Below are positions 9,633 to 19,858 of a stretch of DNA of 64,000 nucleotides, one piece after another. Source of the stretch: Candidatus Hermodarchaeota archaeon. Lineage in GTDB: Archaea; Asgardarchaeota; Hermodarchaeia; Hermodarchaeales; Hermodarchaeaceae. The notes under the pieces are model-generated. The model was not told the DNA's origin and searched no databases. It worked only from the letters and a program-made list of their open reading frames with translations. Within the stretch, counting starts at the first letter, position 1, and every line of letters begins with the position of its first letter. The translations under genes and the position numbers were made by a program. The stretch spans positions 54,233-118,232 of the forward strand of contig JAEOTB010000091.1 in the NCBI GenBank assembly GCA_016840065.1. Direction: 5' to 3'.

Positions 9633-11051
9633 TTAGAGATAAGTGGTTTCGCCAGATTCCCAATAGTCTCTATCACTGAAACCGAGGCGTTCCTGTTCCC
9701 ATCTTAATAGACTCTGTGTGTTAGCAATTTGTGTAACAAAATCTATAATCTTCGCACTCACGTTCTCACCGTAGAGGTTGGGTATGGCACGCATTTGCCG
9801 ATTCAAGTCTTTATTTTCCACAACTTCTTGAATCACCCTGAATACAACATCCGAGGTTATTGGTGGCGCGAGAACATTCGCACCAGCAATAAGAGTTTCA
9901 GGTCTATCTGAATTGAAACGTAATGTCGCACAGGGAACATGAAGGATATTCGCTTCTTCTTGAATGCTGCCGCTATCTGTGGCTATTGCTGCACAATCTT
10001 TCATAACACGGATTACATCAGTGTAGTAGGGCCATACTTCAGAGAACACGAGAGAAGAATGTTTTTCTGCGAATCTACGTATCTTCCTCTCCAGCCCGTA
10101 GGCGCGAAGCGCGGTAAATGTCCCACCTAACGCAATCCAAAGGACCGTATACCCATTTTCAACAAGCCTTGTGACAGTATCATACAGGACTTTGAAACGG
10201 TGTTTAGAGACTATGTTTCCACGCCGATGAACGCAAAAACGAATCACTGAGCCCTCTTCTAAGATAGGATACCTTTCATATATTCGACTCGAAGCAGCTT
10301 TCCCTAGAGCGATGCGTAATGAGTCGCTTACAGTATTACCTACAACACGAACCCTATCCGCTGGAAAACCTTCTTCGAGAAGATTCTGCTGATTCAGCTT
10401 AACAGGTGCAAGGTGTAACCCAGAAACCGTCGCAGCTGTCCGGGTGTCGAATTGCTCTGGAAAAGGTTCAAGTGAACCTTTATGCCATAGATCACGCTGT
10501 TGGAGCCGTTCATAGAACTCCTCAACAGAAATCTTGTCTTTTACTAACTGCTCCAATTGATTGGCACTCGGTGTTAGAGTTCTCAACCCCGCCTCAACAT
10601 GAACTACAGGTGTATAGTTATTATAGCAAGCTACACCACCCGCGGCTGCTGTCGATGTATCGCCATGCACATATGGTAACAGAATTTTTTCTGGAGCTTC
10701 ATGTCGTAACCTGTTCACTATGAAACCTAACCGCTCGATAATCTGGGCAATCTTCTGATAAAGCGACCCCCGAATATTTAGAATGAAATCCGGTCGAACA
10801 TTGAATTCTTCATGTAAAGCGCCTGATAGGTTCCAATCATAATGCTGCCCAGTGTGACCAAGTAATGCGAATTTACCTTGACGCTGAAGCTCCAAGTACA
10901 CAGGAAACTGTTTTATGAGATCAGGTTTTGTTGCGACCATCACTAGATGAACTAAACGATCTTGTGAAGCCCGAATCTCCTCAAACAGACCTGAGCGAAC
11001 TTGAAGCGGCGGTGTTTCAGGCGCTTCAACACTTAACTCTTCATACGACAA
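9633..11051 (-). CDS. wecB: UDP-N-acetylglucosamine 2-epimerase
   Basis: TKPDLIK, HTGQHYD, VHGDT, HVEAGLR, TDSGSIQEEA. Confidence 0.88.
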   Translation of the reverse strand: MSYEELSVEAPETPPLQVRSGLFEEIRASQDRLVHLVMVATKPDLIKQFPVYLELQRQGKFALLGHTGQHYDWNLSGALHEEFNVRPDFILNIRGSLYQKIAQIIERLGFIVNRLRHEAPEKILLPYVHGDTSTAAAGGVACYNNYTPVVHVEAGLRTLTPSANQLEQLVKDKISVEEFYERLQQRDLWHKGSLEPFPEQFDTRTAATVSGLHLAPVKLNQQNLLEEGFPADRVRVVGNTVSDSLRIALGKAASSRIYERYPILEEGSVIRFCVHRRGNIVSKHRFKVLYDTVTRLVENGYTVLWIALGGTFTALRAYGLERKIRRFAEKHSSLVFSEVWPYYTDVIRVMKDCAAIATDSGSIQEEANILHVPCATLRFNSDRPETLIAGANVLAPPITSDVVFRVIQEVVENKDLNRQMRAIPNLYGENVSAKIIDFVTQIANTQSLLRWEQERLGFSDRDYWESGETTYL

Positions 11052-11218
11052 CTACAACACCTACAATCTTATTTATCGAGAGAGAATGAATTCCTATACA
11101 AAGCTGTATCTCAAATTCACATCGAATCCACCAAGAAATTGTAATCCGATTAACGGCAAAACTTAAGAACAAGACTCACTAAGGCAACGCTAAATCCCCA
11201 TTTGAGGGAAACGTAACA

Positions 11219-11536
11219 ATGGGCCGAGACAAAATCTATGGTTTCCTTATCCTCTTATTCGCCATCCTCTTCGCACTGTATTATACTTTCTGGGCGATGC
11301 TCTATCCATTCATGTACTATTCCATGGCTCCCGCTTCGTGGACAACACATCCATGGTATCAATGGTTCAGCTGGATTCCACTAATTTCCTATGAACCATA
11401 CTTCGCAGTCGCTATTCCCCTATGGATTGCCATCGTTCTGATTCTCTTCATTATTGCTTGGATCGGTTGGACAATGTTGACCACTCCGCCTCCTATTCCT
11501 CTTGAAGAGATTGAAGAAGACGAGGAGTCTGGCTAG
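11219..11536 (+). CDS. Two-TM membrane protein resembling eukaryotic DPM2
   Basis: D...G...YYTFW.ML.PF ... YFAVAIPL pattern; acidic C-tail after TTPPP. Confidence 0.6.
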   Translation: MGRDKIYGFLILLFAILFALYYTFWAMLYPFMYYSMAPASWTTHPWYQWFSWIPLISYEPYFAVAIPLWIAIVLILFIIAWIGWTMLTTPPPIPLEEIEEDEESG

Positions 11537-11590
11537 TAAGAGTAGCAAGCGAAAGATAGCAGCCATCAACTCACAAGCTGAGTTGAATCT

Positions 11591-11626
11591 ATTGGCACAC
11601 CCATTTTGGAAAAGGGGAGTGCCAAT
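11591..11626 (+). terminator. Stem-loop followed by T-tract downstream of the DPM2-like gene
   Basis: ATTGGCAC...GTGCCAAT inverted repeat then CATTTTTTCTT. Confidence 0.5.
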
Positions 11627-11757
11627 TACCCATTTTTTCTTATCACATTGGTTCTAGAGTTATATTCTGTCTCTTACTAACGCTCGTGCAATTACAACCT
11701 CTTCATCAGAGAAAGGAAGTATATAGGCGGATCTTAATGTATTTGGAGAATAGATGG

Positions 11758-11991
11758 CTAGGGAGTAGTGCTGTCTTCAGTAGAGAGGATTTGGCGCCAA
11801 AGGTCAAGGGTTTTCTCCGCTTCGCTGCGGTCCACTTTCTGAATTGCATACCCGGTGTGAACGAGAACATAGTCACCAACAACCGCGTCTGGGAGAAGGG
11901 CAAGGGATATGACACGGGTGACGCCACCAAAGTCGACTGTAGCCTTATCTTCTTCGATTGAGAGTATCCGGGCGGGAATTGCAAGGCACAT
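11758..11991 (-). CDS. hypC: Hydrogenase maturation chaperone HypC
   Basis: MCLAIPARI...VGDYVLVHTGYAI. Confidence 0.95.
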   Translation of the reverse strand: MCLAIPARILSIEEDKATVDFGGVTRVISLALLPDAVVGDYVLVHTGYAIQKVDRSEAEKTLDLWRQILSTEDSTTP

Positions 11992-12088
11992 TTATTGTCA
12001 CCTAGAATTCTAAGCGAGTAGTGTTATTGACGTGACGACGGATGCTTCTTAAGCCTTGTTACATTGCTAGAGTGGATGTGAAAGTACT

Positions 12089-13045
12089 TTGAATCCAAAA
12101 AGAGTGCAGTTGTTGGCAAAGCGTTTTGGTTATCAAGAATATATGGTTGAACGGTATTTCGCACTTTTTGGTGAAGAAACAGAGGTATTTCTAGAAGGTA
12201 ATGATCAGCCTCTTCTGAAGACGATTCGATGTAATACACTAGCTATCAAACCTGAGATATTGGTGGCACGGCTAAAGAAGAAGGGATTCACCTTAGAGGC
12301 TATCCAAGATATTGATTATGCGTTTCGTGTAATAGCAGGGAAATTCCCACTGGGAGCAACAACGGAATACCTTCTTGGGTATTATTTTTTGCAAAGTGTA
12401 GCATCTATGTGGGCAGTAGAGGTTCTGAACCCGCGGGATTCTAGTTTTGTAGTGGATATGTGTGCCGCTCCAGGTGGTAAAACTACCCACATCGCTCAAT
12501 TGATGGGAAATTCCGGAGCGCTGCTAATAACAGATATCAGTCGAACTCGGATGCGAGGGCTCCGTTCAAATTTATCGAGGATGAGAATTGAGAACGTATT
12601 GGCAATAAGGGTAGACGCAGCACGACTACCTGAAACAGAGGTCAAAGCAGATAAGATACTGCTTGATGCCCCGTGTACTGGTGAGGGTTTAATCCCACTA
12701 GACCCAAAGAGAAAGCAGAGCAGAAGTCTAGAGGATATCAATACCATGGCATCAGTCCAGCGGAAATTAATTATTGCCGCATCCAAGTTACTCAAGGAGG
12801 GGGGAACTTTGGTCTATTCGACCTGTTCCTTTGCCCCAGAAGAAAACGAAGAAATCATTGACTATGCCTTACAACATTGTCACCTTCGCGTTGTAGATAC
12901 AGGTCTGACTTTTGGTAATCCTGGTCTGACAAGACCTTTTGGTCGCGTTATGGACGATTCGCTTGTCAAAGCTCGTCGCTTTTATCCTTACAAACACAAA
13001 ATGGAGGGATTCTTCATATGCAAACTGGAAAAGGTCACCGTTTAG
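12089..13045 (+). CDS. NOL1/NOP2/RsmB family RNA m5C methyltransferase
   Basis: DMCAAPGGKT, DAPCTGEG, YSTCS, ENE. Confidence 0.93.
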   Translation: MNPKRVQLLAKRFGYQEYMVERYFALFGEETEVFLEGNDQPLLKTIRCNTLAIKPEILVARLKKKGFTLEAIQDIDYAFRVIAGKFPLGATTEYLLGYYFLQSVASMWAVEVLNPRDSSFVVDMCAAPGGKTTHIAQLMGNSGALLITDISRTRMRGLRSNLSRMRIENVLAIRVDAARLPETEVKADKILLDAPCTGEGLIPLDPKRKQSRSLEDINTMASVQRKLIIAASKLLKEGGTLVYSTCSFAPEENEEIIDYALQHCHLRVVDTGLTFGNPGLTRPFGRVMDDSLVKARRFYPYKHKMEGFFICKLEKVTV

Positions 13046-13566
13046 TCTTTGAACCACCAACATCGACCGAGCTGAGGATAATCCTCGAAAGTTTTCAACG
13101 GTTTATGAACCCTAGTGATATCAGGTTATTACTGAAGGATAAACGCATCCTTATTGTTCGTGGACGTCGGCTGGAAGTGTATTTGGTATCGAACACTTTG
13201 TGGAACCTTTACACATCGGTAAAAGAATGGCGCCACCCTTATTTTATCGGACTGTTCTTAGGGGAGATTCGAGGTAAGATCCTCCAACCAAGCCTTCACG
13301 TTTGTCATAGACTTTCATCAAAACCAGTAAGTGAAGCGGTCGTCGTCGTTACCCCACAAGGAGAACAGAGATTTCTCTACGGTAAAAACTTGGAAAATAA
13401 TCATCTAGAGAAGCAGCCAAAAGAAGAAATTGCTAATTTGGAAGTAATTGTATTGAATCGACAAGGAGAAGGTCTTGGTTTTGGGAAATTGAAACAAGAG
13501 TCTGGAGAAAAAATAACGCTACAGAATCGCAAGGACCTAGGATGGTATCTTCGAATGGGTGGATAA
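13018..13566 (+). CDS. NIP7-like PUA-domain ribosome biogenesis protein
   Basis: GEQRFLYG, GLGFG, C-terminal DLGWYLR; adjacent to NOP2 homolog. Confidence 0.8.
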   Translation: MQTGKGHRLVFEPPTSTELRIILESFQRFMNPSDIRLLLKDKRILIVRGRRLEVYLVSNTLWNLYTSVKEWRHPYFIGLFLGEIRGKILQPSLHVCHRLSSKPVSEAVVVVTPQGEQRFLYGKNLENNHLEKQPKEEIANLEVIVLNRQGEGLGFGKLKQESGEKITLQNRKDLGWYLRMGG

Positions 13567-13576
13567 AAACGGGAAT

Positions 13577-13598
13577 GAGGCGGCATCTTAGCCGCCTC
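13577..13598. terminator. Perfect 8-bp hairpin between convergent nip7-like and rpl12 genes
   Basis: GAGGCGGC-ATCTTA-GCCGCCTC. Confidence 0.55.
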
Positions 13599-13608
13599 GA
13601 CTAGTAAC

Positions 13609-13899
13609 CTAACCGAAGAGCGCTCCAAGCCCAGTGACTTCTTCTTCCTTCGGCTTTTCTTCTTCCTTGGGTTTGGCTTCTTCTTTTGGCTTCGCTGCTG
13701 CGCTTGCAGGAGCTGCAGCCGCGACGGGGGCTGCTTTGAGAGCTTCCTCAATATCAATTCCCTTTAAGGCTGCGACTAACGCTTTCACACGACCTTCGTC
13801 GGGTTTAACGCCAGCAGCACTTAGAACCTTAGTTAGACTTGCATCGGTAATTGATTTACCAGCCTTATGAAGTACCATTGCTGAATAGACATATTCCAT
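13609..13899 (-). CDS. rpl12: Ribosomal stalk protein P1/L12
   Basis: [11 protein letters not shown]...GLGALFG; start moved to MEY relative to ORF track. Confidence 0.95.
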   Translation of the reverse strand: MEYVYSAMVLHKAGKSITDASLTKVLSAAGVKPDEGRVKALVAALKGIDIEEALKAAPVAAAAPASAAAKPKEEAKPKEEEKPKEEEVTGLGALFG

Positions 13900-14000
13900 G
13901 ATTCGTTGTCCTCCATAGTTTTCCATAAAGGGACAGTTGTTTCGTTTGAGGGGCAATGCTTCCTAAATTGCGTATTTTAACCTTTCGTCTTGTCAGACTT

Positions 14001-14945
14001 TTAATCAGGCATCGCTTCCGGGTTTTTCTCCTTGAGAGTTCTGGCAAGAACAGAAGCCTGTTGCTCTGCTCGTGCAAGCATGTCAGGCATTGCCTCATCA
14101 GTCAAGAAACCAGTAGCAAATACTAAACTTCGTGCTTCTCGATTTGCCTGTTGGAGCAATAGTGGCAGAGTTTCAGGCGTTATATAGTTAATTGCTAGTG
14201 CTACAAATCTGCCTGCCTGAGCAGCTTCCTGAAACTGAGCAATGATATCGCTTGTGCTTATTTCAAATACAGCCGCTGAAAGAACTGAACCGCTGTCATA
14301 GGCAGCAGACAGTTTTAGATAAATTTCATAAGGCTCAAGGCCAAGCCGTGAGAGAACAAGTGCTTGAGCTCTTGACACTGTTTCGCCTGCTTCTACAACC
14401 ACATGATCCTCTGTGATCCAGATGGATCCACCTTGGACACGGGTTTTTAATCCAACCTGACCCAATTCCGAGATTAGAGGGCCAGGTGGGAAGCCAGTGT
14501 TTCCTGCGGTAATAATGATGTCTTTAGGTGAAACCGTACCAGCTTTAGCTGGAGCTTTTGCTTTGTTCTTATGCAGCATTTCATTGAGCTCGAATGGATT
14601 CGCTTTGGCAAAGGCAAATGCACAGGAGCCTTGAACAAACGGGATTAACTCAGTAAGGCCCTTTTTTGTGGTGGCTTGTTTAATTGCCCTTATCATCATC
14701 GAATTCTTTGCCATGAGAATGACGGCTTCTCCTCTGAGCGCTTTCTTAATCCTCTGAAGCTGTTTCGAGCCAATACTCTCTGTTCTGATTAGGCAAATGT
14801 ACTCGTATTGCTCAATGAGTGAGACTAGGCGATTAACCTCCTCTAGTTTCATTTGAGGAACTGGTCGCCCCTGTTGGGTTCTAGGAGTATCGCCAGTGGC
14901 TACTGGACTCGCACCTGCACTCATTTTCATCACCATAATTGTCAT
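14001..14945 (-). CDS. rpl10: Ribosomal protein uL10 (P0)
   Basis: QLQRIKKALRG, KAPAKAG, GNTGFPPGP; operon context. Confidence 0.95.
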   Translation of the reverse strand: MTIMVMKMSAGASPVATGDTPRTQQGRPVPQMKLEEVNRLVSLIEQYEYICLIRTESIGSKQLQRIKKALRGEAVILMAKNSMMIRAIKQATTKKGLTELIPFVQGSCAFAFAKANPFELNEMLHKNKAKAPAKAGTVSPKDIIITAGNTGFPPGPLISELGQVGLKTRVQGGSIWITEDHVVVEAGETVSRAQALVLSRLGLEPYEIYLKLSAAYDSGSVLSAAVFEISTSDIIAQFQEAAQAGRFVALAINYITPETLPLLLQQANREARSLVFATGFLTDEAMPDMLARAEQQASVLARTLKEKNPEAMPD

Positions 14946-15601
14946 ATTTTAATTTCTACAGTTGGACCCATCGTGGTTTTAACAAACACGTTGCGAATGT
15001 TGTTCATTCCTTTTTCGAGATTATGTTCTAGTGCTACTATAACTGCTTGTATGTTTTCTGCAACGAGTTTGGGGTCCATTGATAGTCTTCCAACTTTTAC
15101 TTGAATTACAAGATTCTTCCGCATCCGAAGCTTTACAGACGATGAGAACTCAGAAAGGAGTTTTCCGATATCAGTATCAGGAGTTACTGGACGCGGCATT
15201 TTCCCTCTTGGACCAAGAACAGGACCTAATATTCGACCCACTAGTGGCATCAAATCTGTTTGTGCAATGAAGAAGGCAATCTCCTCAGCTAGCGCTTTTG
15301 CTTCTTCTTTTTCTGAGCCAAGCCGCTCAATATCCTGGGCTTCAAGCACTTTATAGGCCCCTGCTTGACGCGCATTATAAGCTAAGTTACCTGAACCGAT
15401 AACACAAACTCTAGTACCCTCCTCAATGGCGTGAGGTAGAGGAGTATCGATGTTGATTTGTTTTCCTCTTTTCAAATCTATACCTTTGAGGTTGACAATG
15501 ACTTCTATAGACTCCTCAAATTTCCGTTTTTTAGCCTTAGCTTTAGCCTCTGTTACTGCATCGATTATCTTGTCAAGTTCCACCAAATCAGACGCCCCCA
15601 T
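14942..15601 (-). CDS. rpl1: Ribosomal protein uL1
   Basis: RKFEESIE, LGPVLGPRGKMP, KTTMGP. Confidence 0.96.
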   Translation of the reverse strand: MGASDLVELDKIIDAVTEAKAKAKKRKFEESIEVIVNLKGIDLKRGKQINIDTPLPHAIEEGTRVCVIGSGNLAYNARQAGAYKVLEAQDIERLGSEKEEAKALAEEIAFFIAQTDLMPLVGRILGPVLGPRGKMPRPVTPDTDIGKLLSEFSSSVKLRMRKNLVIQVKVGRLSMDPKLVAENIQAVIVALEHNLEKGMNNIRNVFVKTTMGPTVEIKI

Positions 15602-16089
15602 TAATCATTTGACTGCAGCTGACTGGCGTATGTGCCCTTTTCGATTTCTTGCTGAATGATCCGAGGATCTTCTCCTTCAACTGTAATCCCCATCGAAACG
15701 CAGGTTCCCAGTACTGACTTCACTTTATCCGCTAAAGAAGAGCCTAGCAAGTCTTTCTCCTTCGCTTTTACTACAGTAATTACCTGTTCAAACGTTATGT
15801 TGCCTGTGACCTCAGAACCTGCATTTCCTGTACCTTTTTCTGCGCCAGCCTCCTTAAGAATCAGAGCAGAGGTTGGCGGCAAGCCAATCTCTATCTCGAA
15901 CTCCTTTGTATCTGTATCCACAATAATCTTAACGGGAACCCTGAGGCCTTTCAGGTCAGCTGTTAGACGATTAATTTCTTGGACGATTTGGTACAGGTTT
16001 GCACCTGTTGGACCAAGTACTGGAGCAATTGGTGGTCCCGCGGAGGCCTTTCCGCCTTCAATAAGTGCTTCGCAGATAGTTTTTGGCAT
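15601..16089 (-). CDS. rpl11: Ribosomal protein uL11
   Basis: GGKASAGPPIAPVLGP, PPTSALILKEAG, GTCVSMG. Confidence 0.96.
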   Translation of the reverse strand: MPKTICEALIEGGKASAGPPIAPVLGPTGANLYQIVQEINRLTADLKGLRVPVKIIVDTDTKEFEIEIGLPPTSALILKEAGAEKGTGNAGSEVTGNITFEQVITVVKAKEKDLLGSSLADKVKSVLGTCVSMGITVEGEDPRIIQQEIEKGTYASQLQSND

Positions 16090-16202
16090 TGCTGGTTCCC
16101 CTGAGTGGAGTTCAGCTTCTCAAGCTTTACGCAATTTAAAAATCTTGCCTAAGGAAAGCGACTTTTATGATATCCACGTAGCGGCGAAATTCCTGTTAGT
16201 AC

Positions 16203-16697
16203 TTATAATTCTTCAAGATTCTCCTTCTCTCCCAGAACATCGCGTTCACTCCGTTCCACCAAGCGAAGGAAATCAGCGTGAACTTTGACTGGAATGCCTG
16301 CCGATTCAAAGAGTTCGAGAGTCACTTCGTCCTTGGATGCATCTATTCGCATAACACGAGCCCTTTCGCCCTTGAAGGGTCCACCAGTAATTTCTACAAC
16401 ATCACCAAGATCTAAGTCTTCTGTTGGTGGACGCGGTAATAGAATATGCTCAATTTCCTTGAGTAACAGGTTTCCCTTGATAATGCCTTTGATATGAGGA
16501 ATTCCAGCAATTGCTAGTTCTACATCTCGAGAGCTAGGTGCTTCTATGAAGATGTACCCTTTCAGTGGTTCAGGCACAAGAATCGCTTTCAAATCTACTT
16601 GACGCTTTGTAACACGACCAGATATGACATGCGCTATCCCTTTCTCTTGACCAATTGTAGTTCGTACAATGTATATGTTTGTCTCTTCAGCTGCCAT
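16203..16697 (-). CDS. spt5: Transcription elongation factor Spt5 (NusG family)
   Basis: VRTTIGQE, LKGYIFIEA, KOW motif GDVVEITGGPFKG. Confidence 0.95.
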   Translation of the reverse strand: MAAEETNIYIVRTTIGQEKGIAHVISGRVTKRQVDLKAILVPEPLKGYIFIEAPSSRDVELAIAGIPHIKGIIKGNLLLKEIEHILLPRPPTEDLDLGDVVEITGGPFKGERARVMRIDASKDEVTLELFESAGIPVKVHADFLRLVERSERDVLGEKENLEEL

Positions 16698-16747
16698 GAA
16701 AGGTCACATCCTGTTTAATTAGAGAAGACACTTTCTTTGAATCGTAA

Positions 16748-16951
16748 CTAAGATGTAGGTCCGAATGCGGGCATGGACGTTACCATCAGGAAGACCATCT
16801 TGATGATGTAGCCAACGAATCCGATAGCGAAGAGTCCAAGGAGACTGATTCGCAGTTGTAACCAAATCTCGGTCCGAGTGGGTCTTTTAGCAAGTCGAGC
16901 GATACGTTTGGTATTTTCCCAAAATGTTGAAGCGTCAACCATGTCGTTCAC
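16748..16951 (-). CDS. secE: Protein translocase subunit SecE/Sec61 gamma
   Basis: RIARLAKRPT..E, G...IGFVGYIIK; upstream of spt5. Confidence 0.88.
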   Translation of the reverse strand: MNDMVDASTFWENTKRIARLAKRPTRTEIWLQLRISLLGLFAIGFVGYIIKMVFLMVTSMPAFGPTS

Positions 16952-17033
16952 CTATAGCTAACTAGGGCTTTGGGATTTGTCACTACACGTGTTCTTAATA
17001 AGTCTTTTCGGCGTGACGAAGTTGAAGGGATGA

Positions 17034-17888
17034 TTATTCCATGAAGTCTTCAATAGGAGCGCGAAGTAAATCTCGTACTCGATGGGCTTTGATATTCAGT
17101 CCTTCTAGAATTTTCACTAATCGGCTTCGTTGTGACCCCTGAATCCCCTTCCAATCAAGTGCAGCCAAAGATACGCGACCATGTGTTCTCTCGATTGCTT
17201 GGCTGATTAGAGATTCAGAAATCAGGTCCAAATGATATTTCGGCATCAGATGGGATGGTGCAAATCCGGTTTCAATGCTTAGGCGGGTGAATGCGGGACA
17301 GTAATGCGGCCCTCCGAAGCCAAGAAATGCAGGAGCTGATTTCTGCAGATTTTCTGCCACCGCCATAATAGCACGGGCGACAGCTTTGGCTGCTGCTTCA
17401 TTTCGCCAATCATGTTCAGCACTACCTATTTCTACAAAAAGCGTTGGGATCTTCTCAATCCAAGGTCCGTGATGCGTCGCCTCAAGTCCGCAAGCCCACA
17501 TATCAAGCTTCAATCGGTTTCGTTCAGCGAGTAAGGTCTGGTGAGCTACCTTAACGGCAGAGGGATGGGCTACACATAATTTTGAAGGTTTGCCACCAAG
17601 CTCAGCAGCTGACCAATTGCCAGGAGTATGGACCAGTAAGGCTGGTTTGAAAGACGCGGATTTGTGACGTGACGCGAAGATGAAGATGTCAGCTGACAGA
17701 CGTTGGTCTAGTCGGTCTGCATAGATACTATCGGACTTGATAGTTACTATGGACAGATTGTTCAACTGATATATTGGTACACCATCATGAGTCTCCTCTT
17801 TCTCACTGAAAGGATACAGCGCAAGTAGTTGTTGTTTGATATTCTGAGCTGCGATATCTTGAACTGAGCAAAGACAGACGGCGGACAA
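17034..17888 (-). CDS. dtdA: D-aminoacyl-tRNA deacylase (archaeal DTD2 type)
   Basis: SRHKS, HTPGN, EATHHGP, FVEIGS, GFGGPHY. Confidence 0.92.
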   Translation of the reverse strand: MSAVCLCSVQDIAAQNIKQQLLALYPFSEKEETHDGVPIYQLNNLSIVTIKSDSIYADRLDQRLSADIFIFASRHKSASFKPALLVHTPGNWSAAELGGKPSKLCVAHPSAVKVAHQTLLAERNRLKLDMWACGLEATHHGPWIEKIPTLFVEIGSAEHDWRNEAAAKAVARAIMAVAENLQKSAPAFLGFGGPHYCPAFTRLSIETGFAPSHLMPKYHLDLISESLISQAIERTHGRVSLAALDWKGIQGSQRSRLVKILEGLNIKAHRVRDLLRAPIEDFME

Positions 17889-17912
17889 GGTTATCGTCCT
17901 CGCCTATGAGTG

Positions 17913-18851
17913 TTACATTAGAAGAGCCAAGGCTGCCTTCTCGGTGTGTAGACGGTTCTCCGCTTGGTCCCAAACCACACTGTGAGGACCCTCGATGACC
18001 TCATCTGTGATTTCCTCGTCTCGGTGTGCGGGGAGGCAGTGCAGTACAATAGCGTGCGGAGCTGCAAGTTTGAGTAATTCCGCGTTAACCTGATAGTCGG
18101 GAATAAACGCCTCAAGTCTTTTCGCTTTTTCTTCTTCTTGTCCCATTGATATAAAGACATCAGTATAAAGGATGTCCGCATCCTTTACAGCCTCTTTCGC
18201 ATCTTGTGTCACATCGACTTTTGCCAAAGCTTCTTTTGCTCGTTCTTGTGCAACCCTGGTTATCCCTGGGTCTGGCTGATAGCTATCTGGACATGCCACA
18301 ACAACCTCCAAACCCATCGTAGCGGCGCCAACCATCAGTGAATGGCAAACATTGTTCCCATCACCAATATAGGCAAGTTTCAGCCCTTCAAGCTCGTTTA
18401 ACTTCTCTCTAATTGTCAGCAAATCAGCTAGGATTTGACATGGATGGAACTTGGGAGTGAGAGCGTTTATCACAGGAATAGTACTGTTCTTTGCTAGTTC
18501 CACGACATTACCGTGGCTTCTTGCACGAATAACAATCCCGTGAAGATAACGGCTTAATACACGGGCAGTATCAGCTATGGGTTCACCACGGCTGAGTTGT
18601 AGTTCTTGAGAACTTAGAAAGAGTGGATAACCTCCTAGTTCATGAATTGCGACCTCGAAACTAACTCTGGTTCGCGTGGAGGGTTTTTCAAAGATCATCC
18701 CTATGGACTTGCCCGAGAGACTTGTACCGACTTCATTTCTATATCGTTGACGTTTAAGTTCAGCAGCAGTATCTAACATCAACTTGATTTGCTCACGTGA
18801 GAAATCTGCCAGACTTAGAAGATGGTTTCCCTTTAGACTCATCAGCACCAC
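17913..18851 (-). CDS. argF: Ornithine carbamoyltransferase
   Basis: FEKPSTRTR, HPCQ, SMG, HCLP, DQAENRLH. Confidence 0.96.
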   Translation of the reverse strand: MVLMSLKGNHLLSLADFSREQIKLMLDTAAELKRQRYRNEVGTSLSGKSIGMIFEKPSTRTRVSFEVAIHELGGYPLFLSSQELQLSRGEPIADTARVLSRYLHGIVIRARSHGNVVELAKNSTIPVINALTPKFHPCQILADLLTIREKLNELEGLKLAYIGDGNNVCHSLMVGAATMGLEVVVACPDSYQPDPGITRVAQERAKEALAKVDVTQDAKEAVKDADILYTDVFISMGQEEEKAKRLEAFIPDYQVNAELLKLAAPHAIVLHCLPAHRDEEITDEVIEGPHSVVWDQAENRLHTEKAALALLM

Positions 18852-18923
18852 ATTCTATACTTCTGTGAAACCTGCAATCATTGGATGTATTTAGCCTTTC
18901 TCTATTTTGCTGAAAGATACTAT

Positions 18924-19835
18924 CTAGTCTAATGGCACTATTTTTTCAGTGAACCATTCGGGTCGAAACTCCTCAAGATCAGAGTATTCCTGACCCACAC
19001 CCACGAAGATTATTGGTTTTCCCGTCGCTAGTGCAATGGAAAGAGCCGCACCACCCTTGGTATCAGCATCGACTTTTGTAAGAATTGCGGCGTCGATTCC
19101 GATTTTCTCGTTGAATGTCCTGGCTTGAGATATAACATCGTTTCCAGCAAGGGCATCTCCTACAAAGATAACTAAATCTGGTTCCGCGACGCGGTGAATC
19201 TTCTCTAGCTCCGCCATGAGGTTCTTGTCAGTTTGCATACGTCCTGCAGTGTCAATGAAAACCACGTTAATCCCGCGTGCTCTTGCGTGATTTATTGCAT
19301 CAAATGCAACCGATGCAGGGTCTGAACCGTAGGGACGGCTGAGTACCCGAACTTTTAGGCGCTCGCCATGGGTGTGCAGTTGCTCAGAACTACCTGCCCG
19401 GAATGTGTCTGCACAGGCAAGGACAACAGAGAATTTTCGCTTGAGAAGCATATGAGTTAATTTTGCGATAGTTGTAGTTTTCCCGGTGCCGTTTACCCCT
19501 AAGAACATCAGAACTGCTGGGTTTCGCTCTTTTCTCCTCTTCTCGATTAGTTGAATGAGATTGATTGGTGTTTTGGGTGTTAATGCCTCAAGAACTGCTT
19601 CCTGGAGTGTTTCTAAAATGAATTTTCTCTTGCTTTGGAGTAATCCGATTTGTTCCCCAGCTATCTTTTCTCTTACTCTTTCACAAATGAGGTCCGCAGC
19701 TTCTAACGCTACATCATTAGATATTAGAGCAATTTGTAAATCAGAAAAGGCATCATCGATGTTACTCTCGGTAACTGATTTATGAGTGACACGTTGGACG
19801 AAGCCATCTACGGCCTTTCGAAGTTTATCAAACAA
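18924..19835 (-). CDS. ftsY: SRP receptor GTPase FtsY
   Basis: GVNGTGKTTT, DTFRA, DTAGR, TKVD..KGG. Confidence 0.96.
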   Translation of the reverse strand: MFDKLRKAVDGFVQRVTHKSVTESNIDDAFSDLQIALISNDVALEAADLICERVREKIAGEQIGLLQSKRKFILETLQEAVLEALTPKTPINLIQLIEKRRKERNPAVLMFLGVNGTGKTTTIAKLTHMLLKRKFSVVLACADTFRAGSSEQLHTHGERLKVRVLSRPYGSDPASVAFDAINHARARGINVVFIDTAGRMQTDKNLMAELEKIHRVAEPDLVIFVGDALAGNDVISQARTFNEKIGIDAAILTKVDADTKGGAALSIALATGKPIIFVGVGQEYSDLEEFRPEWFTEKIVPLD

Positions 19836-19858
19836 TGTTTTGCCCTCAAGGAAGTGTC

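Noticed and set aside
12578-12580. Genome-wide AGG-to-Ser reassignment
   Set aside because: AGG encodes the conserved Arg of the NOP2 N-x-x-R motif here and of the Ago HRDGR motif
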